Below are positions 32,957 to 42,745 of a DNA stretch of 64,000 bases, one piece after another. A program made the translations under genes and the position numbers. Under the pieces are notes generated by a model. The model did not search any database, was not told the DNA's origin, and saw only the letters and a program-made list of their open reading frames with translations. Source of the stretch: an uncultured Spirochaetota bacterium (GTDB lineage Bacteria > Spirochaetota > Spirochaetia > SZUA-6 > DRHE01); the NCBI GenBank assembly GCA_963736785.1, contig CAVTQG010000030.1, forward strand, positions 7,206 to 71,205, in the 5' to 3' direction. How positions within the stretch are numbered: position 1 is the stretch's first letter; every line of letters starts with the position of its first letter.

Positions 32957-35024
32957 ATGGTGAAACGGTGCGTCCTCGCGTGCGCCGCTGGCGCTGGCCT
33001 CTCGTCCTGGCCGGCGCGCAGGTCACCAGCGACTTCTCGCTGGTGCTGAATCCGGTGCTGAATATTCCCCTGGCCCCGAAGCTGGCCGACGGCACGCCCT
33101 TCTACTCCATGGGCGGGGGAGTCTCGCTCAAAGGGCGAGTACGTTCTGCCCTTCGCCCCGCTCCTTTACACAGGGGTGGGGCTGGACGTGGACTTCGCCC
33201 CGATCAACTCGGCCGGCAAGGCGGTGACCTTCCTGGCGCTGGGCCCGCAGCTGGGGGTGCGTTACTCGCCGATACCCCGTTTTACCCTCAAGCTGGCCGG
33301 CTTCGGTGGTATGTACTTCGGGATGATCGAGGCGGGCACGGTGATCGACCCCTATTTCGGAGGGCCTGCTGGACGCCAGCTACCTGGTCACCCCCGCCCT
33401 GAGCCTGGGCGCCGGTGCGGCCTACAAGCAAATGCTGACCCCGGAGGGCACGGTGTACCAGGGTATCGGCGTGAACCTGGGGGCCCAGTACCACATCGGC
33501 GCCGGCAGGAAAAGGGCCGACCTGCAGATCAAACCGCAGATGATGCCCATTTTCCCGCTGTTCTACAGCTATTACGACAAGAACCCCGCCGGGAGCCTGC
33601 TGCTGCGCAACGAGGAGCGCGGCGAGGTTACCGGCGTGAAGGTCAGCTTCTTCGTGAAGCAGTACATGGACCAGCCCAAGGTTTGCGCCGAGTTCCCGAA
33701 GCTGGCGCGCGGCCAGGAGGTGGAGGTCCCCGTGTACGCCCTGTTCAAGGAAAGCATCTTCTCCGTCACCGAAGGCACCAAGGTCGCCGGGGACATCAGC
33801 GTGGAGTACAGCTACCTGGGGCGCGAGCTGACCAACAGCTACCCGGTCACTGTCACCGTCAACAACCGCAACGCCATGACCTGGGACGACAACCGCAAGG
33901 CCGCGGCCTTCGTCACCGCCAAGGACCCGCTGATCCTGAGCTTCGCCAAGCGCATCGCCTCGGCCGTGGACAACGCGGGCCGGACGGCCTTCAACGCCAA
34001 GTTCCGCATCGCCATGGGCCTGTTCGAGGCGCTCTCCTCCTACGGCATCGGCTACGTTCAGGACCCGACCACGCCCGTACGCCGAGCTCTCCGAGAACAA
34101 GACGGCCCTGGACTTCCTGCAGTTTCCGGGCCAGACCCTGGCCTACAAGGCGGGGGACTGCGACGACATCTCGATCCTGTACTGCGCCCTTCTGGAATCC
34201 GTGGGGGTGAGAACCGCCTTCATCACCGCGCCCGGGCACATCTTCATGGCCTTCAACGCGGAGATGGAGGACGAACAGGCCAAGAGGACCTTCCTAAACC
34301 CGAAGGACCTGATCTTCCGAGACGGGGAGACCTGGGTGCCGGTGGAGATCACCCTGGTGCGGGACGGCTTCCTGAAGGCCTGGGCTATCGGGGCCAAGGA
34401 GTGGCGCGAGGCCAGCGCCGCGAGCCAGGCCGGCTTCTACCCCGTGCGCGACGCCTGGAAGGTGTACGAGCCGGTGGGCTTCTCCGAAATCAAGGAAGCG
34501 ATCATGCTGCCGGATTCGGAGAAGATGCTGAAGGACTACAAGGGCGAGCTGGAGCGCTTCATCGGCAACGAGGTGCAGCCGCGGTCCTCGAAGCTGAAAG
34601 AGGAGCTCAGGAAGAACCCGACCAGCCCCAAGCTGCTGAACAGTCTGGGCGTGCTGTATGCCCGCTTCTCCATGCTGGACGAGGCCGCCGCCGAGTTCCA
34701 GAAGATCCTGCAAAGGCGGCGAGGTGCCCTCGGCGCTGATCAACCTGGGCAACATCGCCTACCTGAAGGACGACATGAAGGCGGCCCTGGGCTACTACAA
34801 CCGGGCGCTGCAAGAAGTCCCCGGACAACTCCGCGGCGCTGCTCGGGGTGGCCCGCGCCAGCTACGAGCTGGAAGACTACAACTCGGTGAACGGCGCCCT
34901 GGCCCAGCTCAAGGCCTCGGATCCCGCCGCGGCGTCGAAGTTTTCCTACCTGGGCTCCGGAGGGGGCGAGGCACGCGCCGCCGAGGCCGGCAAGAGGGAG
35001 GTGGAAGAATGGACCGAAGAGTGA
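32957..35024 (+). CDS. Large envelope protein: exported beta-rich N-terminal region + transglutaminase-like Cys-protease-fold core + TPR C-terminus (frame-disrupted)
   Basis: ATG 32957 gives the MVKRCVLACAA.. leader. Then TSDFSLVLNPVLNIPLAP...GVGLDVDFAPINSAGKAVTFLALGPQLGVRYSP... The middle is in ORF 33432..34739. YKAGDCDDISILYCALLESVGVRTAFITAPGHIFMAFN...ETWVPVEIT has a Cys/His pattern of the transglutaminase-like superfamily. TPR-like LNSLGVLYARFSMLDEAAAEFQKIL..LINLGNIAYLKDDMKAALGYYNRAL. My translation ends ...KREVEEWTEE-stop at 35024. Confidence 0.6.
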
Positions 35025-35646
35025 TCCGGCGCCTGGTGGCTGCCGCCAGCTTCCTGCTGGCGACGAGCGTTGCTGCTTGACCTGCTCCAATCCGATCGAC
35101 CTGCTGGCCACCCTCGAGACCGAGGTGAAGATCGCCAACAACAAGTTCCTTGTCGTGAAAGACTTCACTCCGGGCAATAGTGACACTAACATCAACCCGG
35201 GCGCATCCGTGACCGTTCAGTTCGACCGGGCACTGGATATGGCGACGGCCACCGATTCCACGCTGACAGTGACCCCGATGGACGAGATTGATCACCTCGA
35301 GTACTCCTTTAACTCCAGTACGAACACGCTTTCGATCGACGCCTACCCGCTCTACGCCGACACCACCATCTATACGGTCACGGTCACGAAAGGCGTGAAG
35401 GGAACCGACGGCAGCGAAGTGCAGAACGAGCTTTCCTGGTCGTACACGACCGGATCGTTCCCGAACGGGAACGTGAAGATCAAGGCGGGGGGTGTCCTCG
35501 ACGCTCCCTACCTTCTCACGGCTTCCGGTCCGGTTACGCTGGTGATCACGACGAATCTCGTGGCGGCCAAGTATCGGACGGGAACCTCGGAGGCGAACCT
35601 GCCTAGCCAACCCCACCTGGACATCGACGCCTTCTACCTTCTTTGA
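35009..35646 (+). CDS. Putative lipoprotein with bacterial Ig-like (SbsA-type) domain (one frame break at the lipobox)
   Basis: MDRRVIRRLVAAASFLLATSVAA-stop is followed, after a shift, by TCSNPIDLLATLE... (ORF 35077..35646). PGASVTVQFDRALDMATATDSTLTVTPM...YTVTVTKGVKGTDGSEV resembles Ig-like surface-protein domains. GC is visibly lower than in flanking DNA. Confidence 0.5.
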
Positions 35647-35647
35647 G

Positions 35648-36307
35648 GTGTCTAACTTTTATCTGAATGGCGGGGAAGGAGTGCAGGAAGCCTGGGTCCA
35701 GTTCAGCAACCTAGCAGGTAATGTGCTGTCGCTCACGCGGTTCGACACCATCATCCGGGACACGATCCCGCCGGATCCGCCCACGTGGAATCTTGCTTAC
35801 ACCACCCCTTCGCCTTCGGTAGACAACACTCCTACCTGGTACTGGACGCCGAGTGAAGGGAGCGCTGCGATGTACGCGCGCAGGCTGAACGGGGTTGATT
35901 TGACCAACTCGACGCTCGCCTATTACACCGGCGGCGGCAAATTCGGATTCGCCGACAACACGAACAACTATCTCGAAGTAGCCCAGCAGGACGCTGCAGG
36001 CTGGTGGTCAGGCTACAGCGCTCCGCGTTACATATACGTTACGCCGTGTATCCCGTTGAATGGCGCCACCGGTGAGACGACAAAGGGATATCTGAAGTGG
36101 CGTTCACAAAGATACGACCTGGGCTACACGCTCTATATGAAGCGGTTGAAAGATCTCGAATATGCAAGGGTCAGACTCGAATTGCCGGAATACAAGCTTG
36201 AGCTCTATCCCGCTACGCTATATCAATGGTACGTCGAGGTAGAGAACAAGGAAACCGGCGATTACGTGCTTCCGGATGTCGGGGTTTTCACTTTCACTAC
36301 GAAATAG
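35648..36307 (+). CDS. Hypothetical surface-protein-like ORF (possibly a continuation of 35009..35646)
   Basis: The 219-aa ORF starts at GTG one nt after the upstream stop. DTIPPDPPTW...DNTPTWYWTPSEG...NYLEVAQQDAAGWWSGYS resembles adhesin-type repeat domains (D-x-AGN-like). The C-terminal LKWRS...LYPATLYQWYVEVENKETG is FN3-like. Confidence 0.45.
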   Translation: MSNFYLNGGEGVQEAWVQFSNLAGNVLSLTRFDTIIRDTIPPDPPTWNLAYTTPSPSVDNTPTWYWTPSEGSAAMYARRLNGVDLTNSTLAYYTGGGKFGFADNTNNYLEVAQQDAAGWWSGYSAPRYIYVTPCIPLNGATGETTKGYLKWRSQRYDLGYTLYMKRLKDLEYARVRLELPEYKLELYPATLYQWYVEVENKETGDYVLPDVGVFTFTTK

Positions 36308-36319
36308 GCTGTAGTTCGT

Positions 36320-37009
36320 TCACCTGCGTTCGCGGGCCCGCGGTCCTAACGGATCGTGGGCTTTTCTTTGTCTGGCGTAAAACCTCTTCGCTTTCGCGCG
36401 GTTGCCGCAGGCGGCCATATCGCACCAGCGCCGGCTGGCGTTGCGCGTGCTGTCCAGAAAGAGCCACCCGCACTTCGGGTTGCTGCAGATCTTCAGGCGC
36501 GCGGTATCCAGGCTGGTCAGGAGATCCGCTGCCTGCTGGGCAAGACGCAGGGCGATATCCTCGAGAGGTTTTTCGCTGTGCTCCAGATCCAGCGCGAAAC
36601 GCTTCCCCGGCGTTGAACCTCCGCGCAGGAAGGCCCGCGCCAGCGCCTGCCTCAGGTGCCGGTTGAAGATTGCCAACTGCTCGGACGGGGGCGGGCGTCC
36701 TTGCAGCCAGGCATGAAGAAGGCCGAACACGGCCTCCCGCAGCTCGCGGGCCTTCTCCAGGGCGGCGGCCGCCTCCTTGGGGTGCCGGGCGGCATGCTGA
36801 GCCAGCTCGTTGATGGCCGTCTCCGGCAGGTATCCGGTGCGGTGGCACCAGGCCAGCAGGTCCAGGTAATCGCCCAGATAGTCATCGTCCTTTCCGGTGC
36901 CGCGCAACTCCACGGTGTCGGTGGTGTTGGTGAAATCCAGCACCGGGTGGCCGCCGTCCAGGTCGAAACGCTGGAATTTGGTGTAGCGCTCCTGCAGCTC
37001 CTTCTGCAA
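36320..37009 (-). CDS. CGNR zinc-finger (ABATE + zf-CGNR) domain protein
   Basis: Intact 229-aa ORF ending ...LKICSNPKCGWLFLDSTRNASRRWCDMAACGNRAKAKRFYARQR. Confidence 0.9.
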   Translation of the reverse strand: MQKELQERYTKFQRFDLDGGHPVLDFTNTTDTVELRGTGKDDDYLGDYLDLLAWCHRTGYLPETAINELAQHAARHPKEAAAALEKARELREAVFGLLHAWLQGRPPPSEQLAIFNRHLRQALARAFLRGGSTPGKRFALDLEHSEKPLEDIALRLAQQAADLLTSLDTARLKICSNPKCGWLFLDSTRNASRRWCDMAACGNRAKAKRFYARQRKAHDPLGPRARERR

Positions 37010-37037
37010 TTCATCCTCCTATAACCATCAAAAACCA

Positions 37038-37110
37038 CTTGACAGGTTATTACGATTTCACTATTCTATAACCTGTATAGAGTGTAATGCTGGTTATAGA
37101 AACTGTCAAG
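37038..37110. promoter_or_regulatory. Nested inverted repeats in divergent intergenic region (candidate operator/promoter)
   Basis: CTTGACAGGTTAT (37038-37050) pairs with ATAACCTGT (37068-37076) and with GGTTATAGAAACTGTCAAG (37092-37110). TTGACA at 37039-37044. Confidence 0.35.
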
Positions 37111-37119
37111 GGGGACAAG

Positions 37120-37365
37120 ATGTTCGACTGGCATTCCGAGTACCTGGTGATCCAGGCGCGGCAGCGGGAAATGGCCGGCGCGGCGGAAGTCGGGCGCCTG
37201 CTGGCGGAGGCGAGGGCTCTCAGGCAGGAGAGGGCCGGGCGGCGCGGGGAGAAGCCCGGCCCAGGCCTGCGCTATCGGCTGGGCGCGGCGCTGGTCCTGC
37301 TGGGCCGCTGGCTGCAGGGGCCCTCTTCCCGGCTGCCGGCCGCTTCGGGAGCTGAAAGCCGTTGA
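37120..37365 (+). CDS. Small hypothetical protein
   Basis: ATG at 37120 inside track ORF 37087..37365. MFDWHSEYLVIQARQREMAGAAEVGRLLAEARA...LGAALVLLGRWLQG. No family recognised. Confidence 0.3.
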   Translation: MFDWHSEYLVIQARQREMAGAAEVGRLLAEARALRQERAGRRGEKPGPGLRYRLGAALVLLGRWLQGPSSRLPAASGAESR

Positions 37366-37397
37366 CTCCGACTTGGGTAAGCAGTACCTTACCGTAA

Positions 37398-37724
37398 GTG
37401 GAAACTAACCTTAGGGGATCGGAGCGCGTTCTCGACGCGTTGGGCAACCCGACCCGGCGCAGGGTCCTGGCGATCCTGCGCGGCGGGGCCAAGCCCGTGG
37501 GCGAAATCGCCCGGCGGGTGCCGGTGTCGCGCCCGGCCGTGTCCCAGCACCTGCGCGTCCTGAGTAAGGCCGGCCTGGTGCGGGGGCAGCGGGAGGGGGC
37601 CCGGCGGCTGTACGCCGTCGACCCGGCAGGGCTGGCGGCGCTGCGCGCGTATCTGGAGCTTTTCTGGGACACGACCCTGGCAGCATACAAGGACAAGGCG
37701 GAGAAGCGTGGAGGGGGGCGATGA
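37398..37724 (+). CDS. ArsR/SmtB-family transcriptional regulator
   Basis: LDALGNPTRRRVLAILRGGAKPVGEIARRVPVSRPAVSQHLRVLSKAGLV (winged HTH). Its stop overlaps the next gene's start. Confidence 0.85.
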   Translation: METNLRGSERVLDALGNPTRRRVLAILRGGAKPVGEIARRVPVSRPAVSQHLRVLSKAGLVRGQREGARRLYAVDPAGLAALRAYLELFWDTTLAAYKDKAEKRGGGR

Positions 37725-38197
37725 GCTCGAAGCCGGAGCCGATTCGAAGAAGCATTCTTGTTCGCTGTTCCCTGGAGCAGGCTTTCCGGGTGTTCAGCCA
37801 GGAGATGTCCAGCTGGTGGCCCCTGGACACTCACTCGCGCGCCGTGGACGAGGAGCTTCCGGGAGTGACTGCGGTGGGCGTGGAAATGGAACCGCGCGAA
37901 AACGGGCAGGTGCTGGAACGTCTGTCCAGCGGCGAGCGGCTGCCCTGGGGCAGAATCCAGGTCTGGGACCCGCCGACCAGGCTGGTGATCACCTGGAAGC
38001 CCAACAGGAGCCCCGTGCCTCCGACCGAGCTGGAGGTAAGCTTCCGCGTCGAAGGGCTGGGGACCCGGGTGACGCTGGAGCATCGGGGATGGGAGCGCCT
38101 GGGGGAAAAAGCCGAAAAGGCTCGTGCCGGCTACGTCAAGGGTTGGCCGAAGGTTTTCGACGAGCGATACGGCGAGGCCGCCGGGCGGGCGGGTTAG
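37721..38197 (+). CDS. SRPBCC (AHSA1-like) domain protein
   Basis: Intact 158-aa ORF. RRSILVRCSLEQAFRVFSQEMSSWWP...RLVITWKP...VTLEHRGWE. This is the classic ArsR-SRPBCC gene pair. Confidence 0.85.
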   Translation: MSSKPEPIRRSILVRCSLEQAFRVFSQEMSSWWPLDTHSRAVDEELPGVTAVGVEMEPRENGQVLERLSSGERLPWGRIQVWDPPTRLVITWKPNRSPVPPTELEVSFRVEGLGTRVTLEHRGWERLGEKAEKARAGYVKGWPKVFDERYGEAAGRAG

Positions 38198-38210
38198 CCG
38201 TACGGCAAGT

Positions 38211-38780
38211 TCATCGGCCGGTCGCTTCAGGGGCCTCCCGCTTCCGGCAGGTGAGGTGGTCGCGGGTCTCCTCCAGGACTTCGAACCGGCCGCAGGCCGC
38301 CAGCTTGGCGCGCGTGGCCGCCCGGCTCTGATGGCCGTCGTCCAGGAGCAGCAGCCCCTCCGGCTTTAGCAGCCGGTCGATCTCGGCCAAAAAGGCTCCG
38401 GGGTCGCGCACGCTGAAGAACATGTCGATGGCGCACACCCGATCGGCCAGCGCGGGGGGAAGGCCGGTATCGTAGCCGCGGGCCAGTACGGCCTCCAGGT
38501 TGGCCAGGCCATGCTGCGCGCGCAGCCGCCGGACCGCCTCGACGGCCAACTCGTGAATGTCCACCGCGTACACTTTGCCGGACTCGCCCACCAGCCGCGC
38601 GAAGCGCAGGCTGTAGCGCCCGGGACCGCAGCCGTAGTCCACGACGGTCATCCCGGGGGCCAGTCCGAAGCTGCGCACCCGCCGGTCGATGTAGGGGAAG
38701 AAAGTATCCAGCAGGCGGAAGACCGCGTTCATGAGGCGGAAAGCGAGGTCCGACATGCGGTCCGAGCGGCGCATGCGCAA
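38211..38780 (-). CDS. Class I SAM-dependent methyltransferase
   Basis: Intact ORF with VVDYGCGPGRYS (motif I) and KPEGLLLL. Confidence 0.85.
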   Translation of the reverse strand: MRMRRSDRMSDLAFRLMNAVFRLLDTFFPYIDRRVRSFGLAPGMTVVDYGCGPGRYSLRFARLVGESGKVYAVDIHELAVEAVRRLRAQHGLANLEAVLARGYDTGLPPALADRVCAIDMFFSVRDPGAFLAEIDRLLKPEGLLLLDDGHQSRAATRAKLAACGRFEVLEETRDHLTCRKREAPEATGR

Positions 38781-38798
38781 GCCTGGTAGGCTGGCCGC

Positions 38799-40031
38799 CT
38801 AACCCAAGCTATCCCGGCTGCCGGCCCGCTCGGCCAGCACGAAGGGGAACAGCGCGTAGAACAGCGCCGCCTTGGACAGGTCGGCCAGCTCGATGCGCTC
38901 GCGCGCGGTGTGCGCCAGCTCCTCCTTGCCCGGGGCAAAGCCGATGGTCGGGATGCCGTGGTGCCCGGCGGTGGCCACGCCGTTGGTGGAGAAGCTCCAC
39001 ACCCCGCCGCGGGCCTTGCGCCCGGTGGCCAGGTGCGCGGCCTCCATCCCGGCCTGCACCAGCAGGGCGTCTTCTTCCATGACCCAGGTGGGGAAGTACG
39101 CCTCCTGGCGTACCTCGGTGCCCTTCCAGCTCTTGGCGGTGTACACCGGCATTTCCACCCTGGCCCCGCCGAGCTTGGCGGCCAGTTCTTGCAGCTGGGT
39201 CAGCGCGCCTTCCCGGGTCTCCCCCGCGGTCAGGCGCCGGTCGAGGTGGATGCGGCAGCGGTCGGGCACGGAGCACAGCGAAGGCCCGCGGCTGCCGATA
39301 TCCGACACGGTGACCGAGCCCCGGCCCAGCGGGGCGGCCTTGGGCAGGGCGCGGTCCAGCTTCTCGATGGCCCGGATCAGCGGGGCCATCTTGTAGATGG
39401 CGTTGACCCCCTGCCGGTTGTGCGCGCCGTGAGCCGCCTTGCCCTCGGTGCTGATCTCCAGCTCCATGCGCCCCCGCTGCCCGCGGTAGACCCTCAGGTC
39501 GGTGGGCTCGCCCAGCAGCACGTAGTCGGGCTTCAAGCCCTCTTTTTCCATGAGGTACAGTAGAGGGAAGCCGTCCGCGTCCTCTTCCATCACCGAGCCC
39601 ACGACGTAAAGGCTGAAGGGCAGGTCCCCGCGCGGGAAGAGTTTGGCCAGCGCGGCCCCGGCGACCAGGAAGCCGGCCATGGCCGCCTTCTCGTCCACGG
39701 CCCCGCGTCCGTGTACCGCCCCGTCGGCGATGCGGCCTTCGAAGGGCGGGTACTCCCACTGCTCCGCGTCCGTGACCCGCACCGTGTCGAGGTGCGCGTC
39801 GTAGAGGATGGTCAGAGGCCCGGTGCCGATGCGCCCCACCGCGCTGCCCAGGCCGTCGGCGCGCACTTCGGCGAAACCGAGGCTCTTCATCTTCTCGAGG
39901 ACGAAGGTCACGATCGGGCCCTCCTCCCCCGTGAAGCTGGGAATTCGTACCAGGCCCTGCAGCAGCCCGGCCAGCTCCTCACGCCGGGAGGTGATCTGCC
40001 GGCGCAGGCGCGCTTTCAACTTGGAATCCAT
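38799..40031 (-). CDS. ygeY: YgeY-family M20 peptidase-type hydrolase
   Basis: Intact 410-aa ORF. EPTDLRVYRGQRGRMELEI, HLDRRLTAGETREGAL, YFPTWVMEEDALL and WSFSTNGVATAGHHGIPTIGFAPGKEELAHT are colinear with E. coli YgeY as I recall it. Confidence 0.85.
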   Translation of the reverse strand: MDSKLKARLRRQITSRREELAGLLQGLVRIPSFTGEEGPIVTFVLEKMKSLGFAEVRADGLGSAVGRIGTGPLTILYDAHLDTVRVTDAEQWEYPPFEGRIADGAVHGRGAVDEKAAMAGFLVAGAALAKLFPRGDLPFSLYVVGSVMEEDADGFPLLYLMEKEGLKPDYVLLGEPTDLRVYRGQRGRMELEISTEGKAAHGAHNRQGVNAIYKMAPLIRAIEKLDRALPKAAPLGRGSVTVSDIGSRGPSLCSVPDRCRIHLDRRLTAGETREGALTQLQELAAKLGGARVEMPVYTAKSWKGTEVRQEAYFPTWVMEEDALLVQAGMEAAHLATGRKARGGVWSFSTNGVATAGHHGIPTIGFAPGKEELAHTARERIELADLSKAALFYALFPFVLAERAGSRDSLG

Positions 40032-40056
40032 TGGATCCTCCTTTGCTACTCGAACT

Positions 40057-41235
40057 CTACTCCAGGCTCAAAGCGTCGCGCGGGCAGACGGTGCAGCACA
40101 GCCCGCAGCTTACGCACTCGGTGCGGTTTAGAAAAAAGGTCTTATCCTGGAACTCGATCGCGCGATGGATGCAGGCGCGCTGGCAGGCCAGGCACAGGTC
40201 GCAGAGCTCCGGCTCGATGGCCGGGTACGGGTTGGCCGCGGGATCGCCGGGGTCGCGCAGGCGCTCTCCCGCAGCCCCCGCGGCTTGTGCGGCGGCGGAC
40301 GGCCCAACCGCGCCTCCGCCTGCGGCCTTTGCGGCCGCGGCCCGCTCCCGGCGGTACAATCCGCGGATTTCCTGCACCGAGGCGAAGCCGTGCGTGTCCA
40401 GCCACATGGAGAGGCCTTCGGCCAGCTTGCCGTAGACCTCCTGTCCCTGCAGCACCGCCAGGGTGCAGATCTGAACGGCCGCTGCCCCGGCCATCAGGTA
40501 CTTGACCACGTCCACGATCGAGCGCACCCCGCCCACCCCGATGACCGGCTTGGAGGTAAGTCCGGCGATGGCCTCCACGTAGTGCAGGCCTACCGGGAGG
40601 ATGGCCCGCCCGGAAAGCCAGCCCCGGCCGTCCCGACTGCCCAGCAGAGGGCGGCGGGTGGACACGTCGAAGTCCAGGGCAGGGCCCAGGCTGTTGATGG
40701 CCACGAACCCGTCCACGATCGGCTCCAGGATGCGAACCACCGCGCTCAGGTCGGCTACCGCGGGGCTCAGCTTGGCCAGCACGGGCAGGTGGGTGGAGTG
40801 CTTGAGGGCCCGGGCCTGGGCCGCCAGGGTGATCGGGTCCTTGCCGGTGTAATGGATGGAAAACTCCACCGCGGAGGCCAGGCCGGTTTTCTCCACCTCG
40901 TGCCCCAGCAGTGCCAGCTCCTCGGGACTGTAGCCCAGGGACACCACCACCGGCAGACGGGTCGCCTGGGCCTTGGGCAGCTCCGTGTCGAGGAAGGCAC
41001 GATAGTCGATTTCCGACCACAGCTCGGCGTTGAGCAGGCTGCCGCTGAAGGGGGTGGCGATGTTGGGCACCGGCACGCGGGCCGGAGAGACGCTCAGGGT
41101 CTTGGTCACCAGGCCCCCGGCCCCGCCGCGGGCCGCGGCGACCAGCAGCTTTCCGTCGGCGCCGCCGGGCCCCGCCGCGGTCCAGATGGGGTTGGGGAAG
41201 CGGATGCCGCACACCGTCACGGCCAGCTCAGCCAT
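40057..41235 (-). CDS. Dihydroorotate/dihydropyrimidine-dehydrogenase-like (PreA-type) flavoprotein with C-terminal 2x[4Fe-4S] ferredoxin domain
   Basis: Intact 392-aa ORF. VCGIRFPNPIWTAAGP, NSLGPAL, VIGVGGVRSIVDVVKYLMAGAAAVQICT. The C-terminus has CDLCLACQRACIHRAI and CVSCGLCCTVCPRDAL. Confidence 0.85.
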   Translation of the reverse strand: MAELAVTVCGIRFPNPIWTAAGPGGADGKLLVAAARGGAGGLVTKTLSVSPARVPVPNIATPFSGSLLNAELWSEIDYRAFLDTELPKAQATRLPVVVSLGYSPEELALLGHEVEKTGLASAVEFSIHYTGKDPITLAAQARALKHSTHLPVLAKLSPAVADLSAVVRILEPIVDGFVAINSLGPALDFDVSTRRPLLGSRDGRGWLSGRAILPVGLHYVEAIAGLTSKPVIGVGGVRSIVDVVKYLMAGAAAVQICTLAVLQGQEVYGKLAEGLSMWLDTHGFASVQEIRGLYRRERAAAAKAAGGGAVGPSAAAQAAGAAGERLRDPGDPAANPYPAIEPELCDLCLACQRACIHRAIEFQDKTFFLNRTECVSCGLCCTVCPRDALSLE

Positions 41236-42632
41236 GGACTTCCTCCCGCAGGCGCTCGAACAGCCGCTGGCCCTGCGCGGCCGCCGCCGCGGCGCAGGGC
41301 TCTTCTCTTATAATCGTAAGCCTGCCGTCGCGCAGCAGGGGCCGCCCCGCTTGCAGCACCGCGGCCGGGGCGCTCTCCAGCACGCCGTACAAGTAGTGTC
41401 CCCAGAAGGTTTCGGCGTCAAGCGGGGTGGGGGGGCGGTACTCCCAGAGCGCCAGGTCCGCCCGCTCACCGGGCCGCAGCCCCGGATGGTCCGGGAAAAA
41501 GCGGCGCGCGAAGTCCTGCTGGTCGAAGAAGATTTTCCGGGCCAGCTCGAAGGCCCTGCCGGTCGGGAAGCCCTGGTGGCGGGCCAGAAGGAAGAGCTGC
41601 TTCAGCGAGCGGCCCGGGTTGCCGTGCATGCCGTCGGTGCCGCACAGCACGGGCACGCTTTTCGGCAGGGCATCCAGGAGAGGCAGCCCGACCGCGTTGT
41701 TCAGGTTGGAGTCCGGGTTGTAGGCCACCGCGGCCCCGCTGGAGGCGATGGCGGAGCGGTCCTGAACGCTCAGGTGCACGGCATGCGCCAGGATGCTTTG
41801 CGCAGTGAGCAGGCCGAAGCGCCGCAGACGCTCGACGGGGGACAGGCCGTGCCGGGCCGCGCTGGCCTCCGGGTCCGAGCGGTCTTCGGCCAGGTGGATG
41901 TGGATGCCGCAGCCCTGCCTCTTGAGTCAGGGCGGAGGCCTCGGCCAGGGTCGGGTCGCCCAGGGTGAAGGCGGCGTGCAGCCCCAGCAGGCCGCGCGCC
42001 TCCCCGCCCGGGTGGGCCTCGAGGAAGCGCTCGTTTTCGGACAGGGCCGCCCGGACGCCTTCCGGCCCGTAGCGGTCCGAGGTCTCGAAGCACAGCACGC
42101 AGCGCAGGCCGCTTTCGGCCAGCACGCGGGCGATGATCTCCAGGCTGCCGGCGGTGCAGCCCGGGGAGGCGTGGTGATCGAAGATCGTGGTGACCCCCGC
42201 GCGGATGGCCTCAGCGGCTCCCAGGCGCGCGCAGGCTTCGACCATTTCCGGGTCCAGCGCCCGGTCCAGGCGCCACCACAGGTTCGATAGCACGAGCGGA
42301 AAGCTGTCCGTCGGGCGCCCGGGGTCCCAGCCTTTGGCCAGGCGGGAGTAGAGGTGCTCGTGGAAGTTGGCCAGCGGGGGAGTGAGAACCCTGCCGGAGG
42401 CGTCCAGCTCTTCCGCGGCTGCCGGGGTCGCCGCTGGCCCGGCAGCGGCTGCGCCCCCCGCCTGCTGCGCCCTGCTCAGGTACTTCCGATAGTCGACGGG
42501 ACGCACTTCCGCGATCCGGCCGGATTCCAGGAGCAGGTCCGCGAAGAGGGGCTTCACTTCTCGCTGGCCCGGCGCACAGACCCAGGCATTACGGATGCGG
42601 CGCAGAGGTTGGGCAGGCGGCGCAGATCTCAT
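41228..42632 (-). CDS. ssnA: SsnA-like amidohydrolase (one frame break near 41900)
   Basis: LTPPLANFHEHLYSRLAKGW...AGVTTIFDHHASPG...LRCVLCFETSDRYG (ORF 41466..42632) joins, in my translation, GCGIHIHLAEDRSD, then VHLSVQDRSAIASSGAAVAYNPDSNLNNAVGLP...LCGTDGMHGN (ORF 41228..41779). It overlaps the next gene's start by 8 nt. Confidence 0.75.
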
Positions 42633-42745
42633 GGAGCTCGTAGTTTAAGGATAGAGTGTGCGCGCGGTCGCGTCAAGAAACGCAGTCTCGGTGGGCTGCC
42701 TTGGTTCTATTGCCAGGGAGGCGCTCTTGCCTTATCGTTGGGGGT

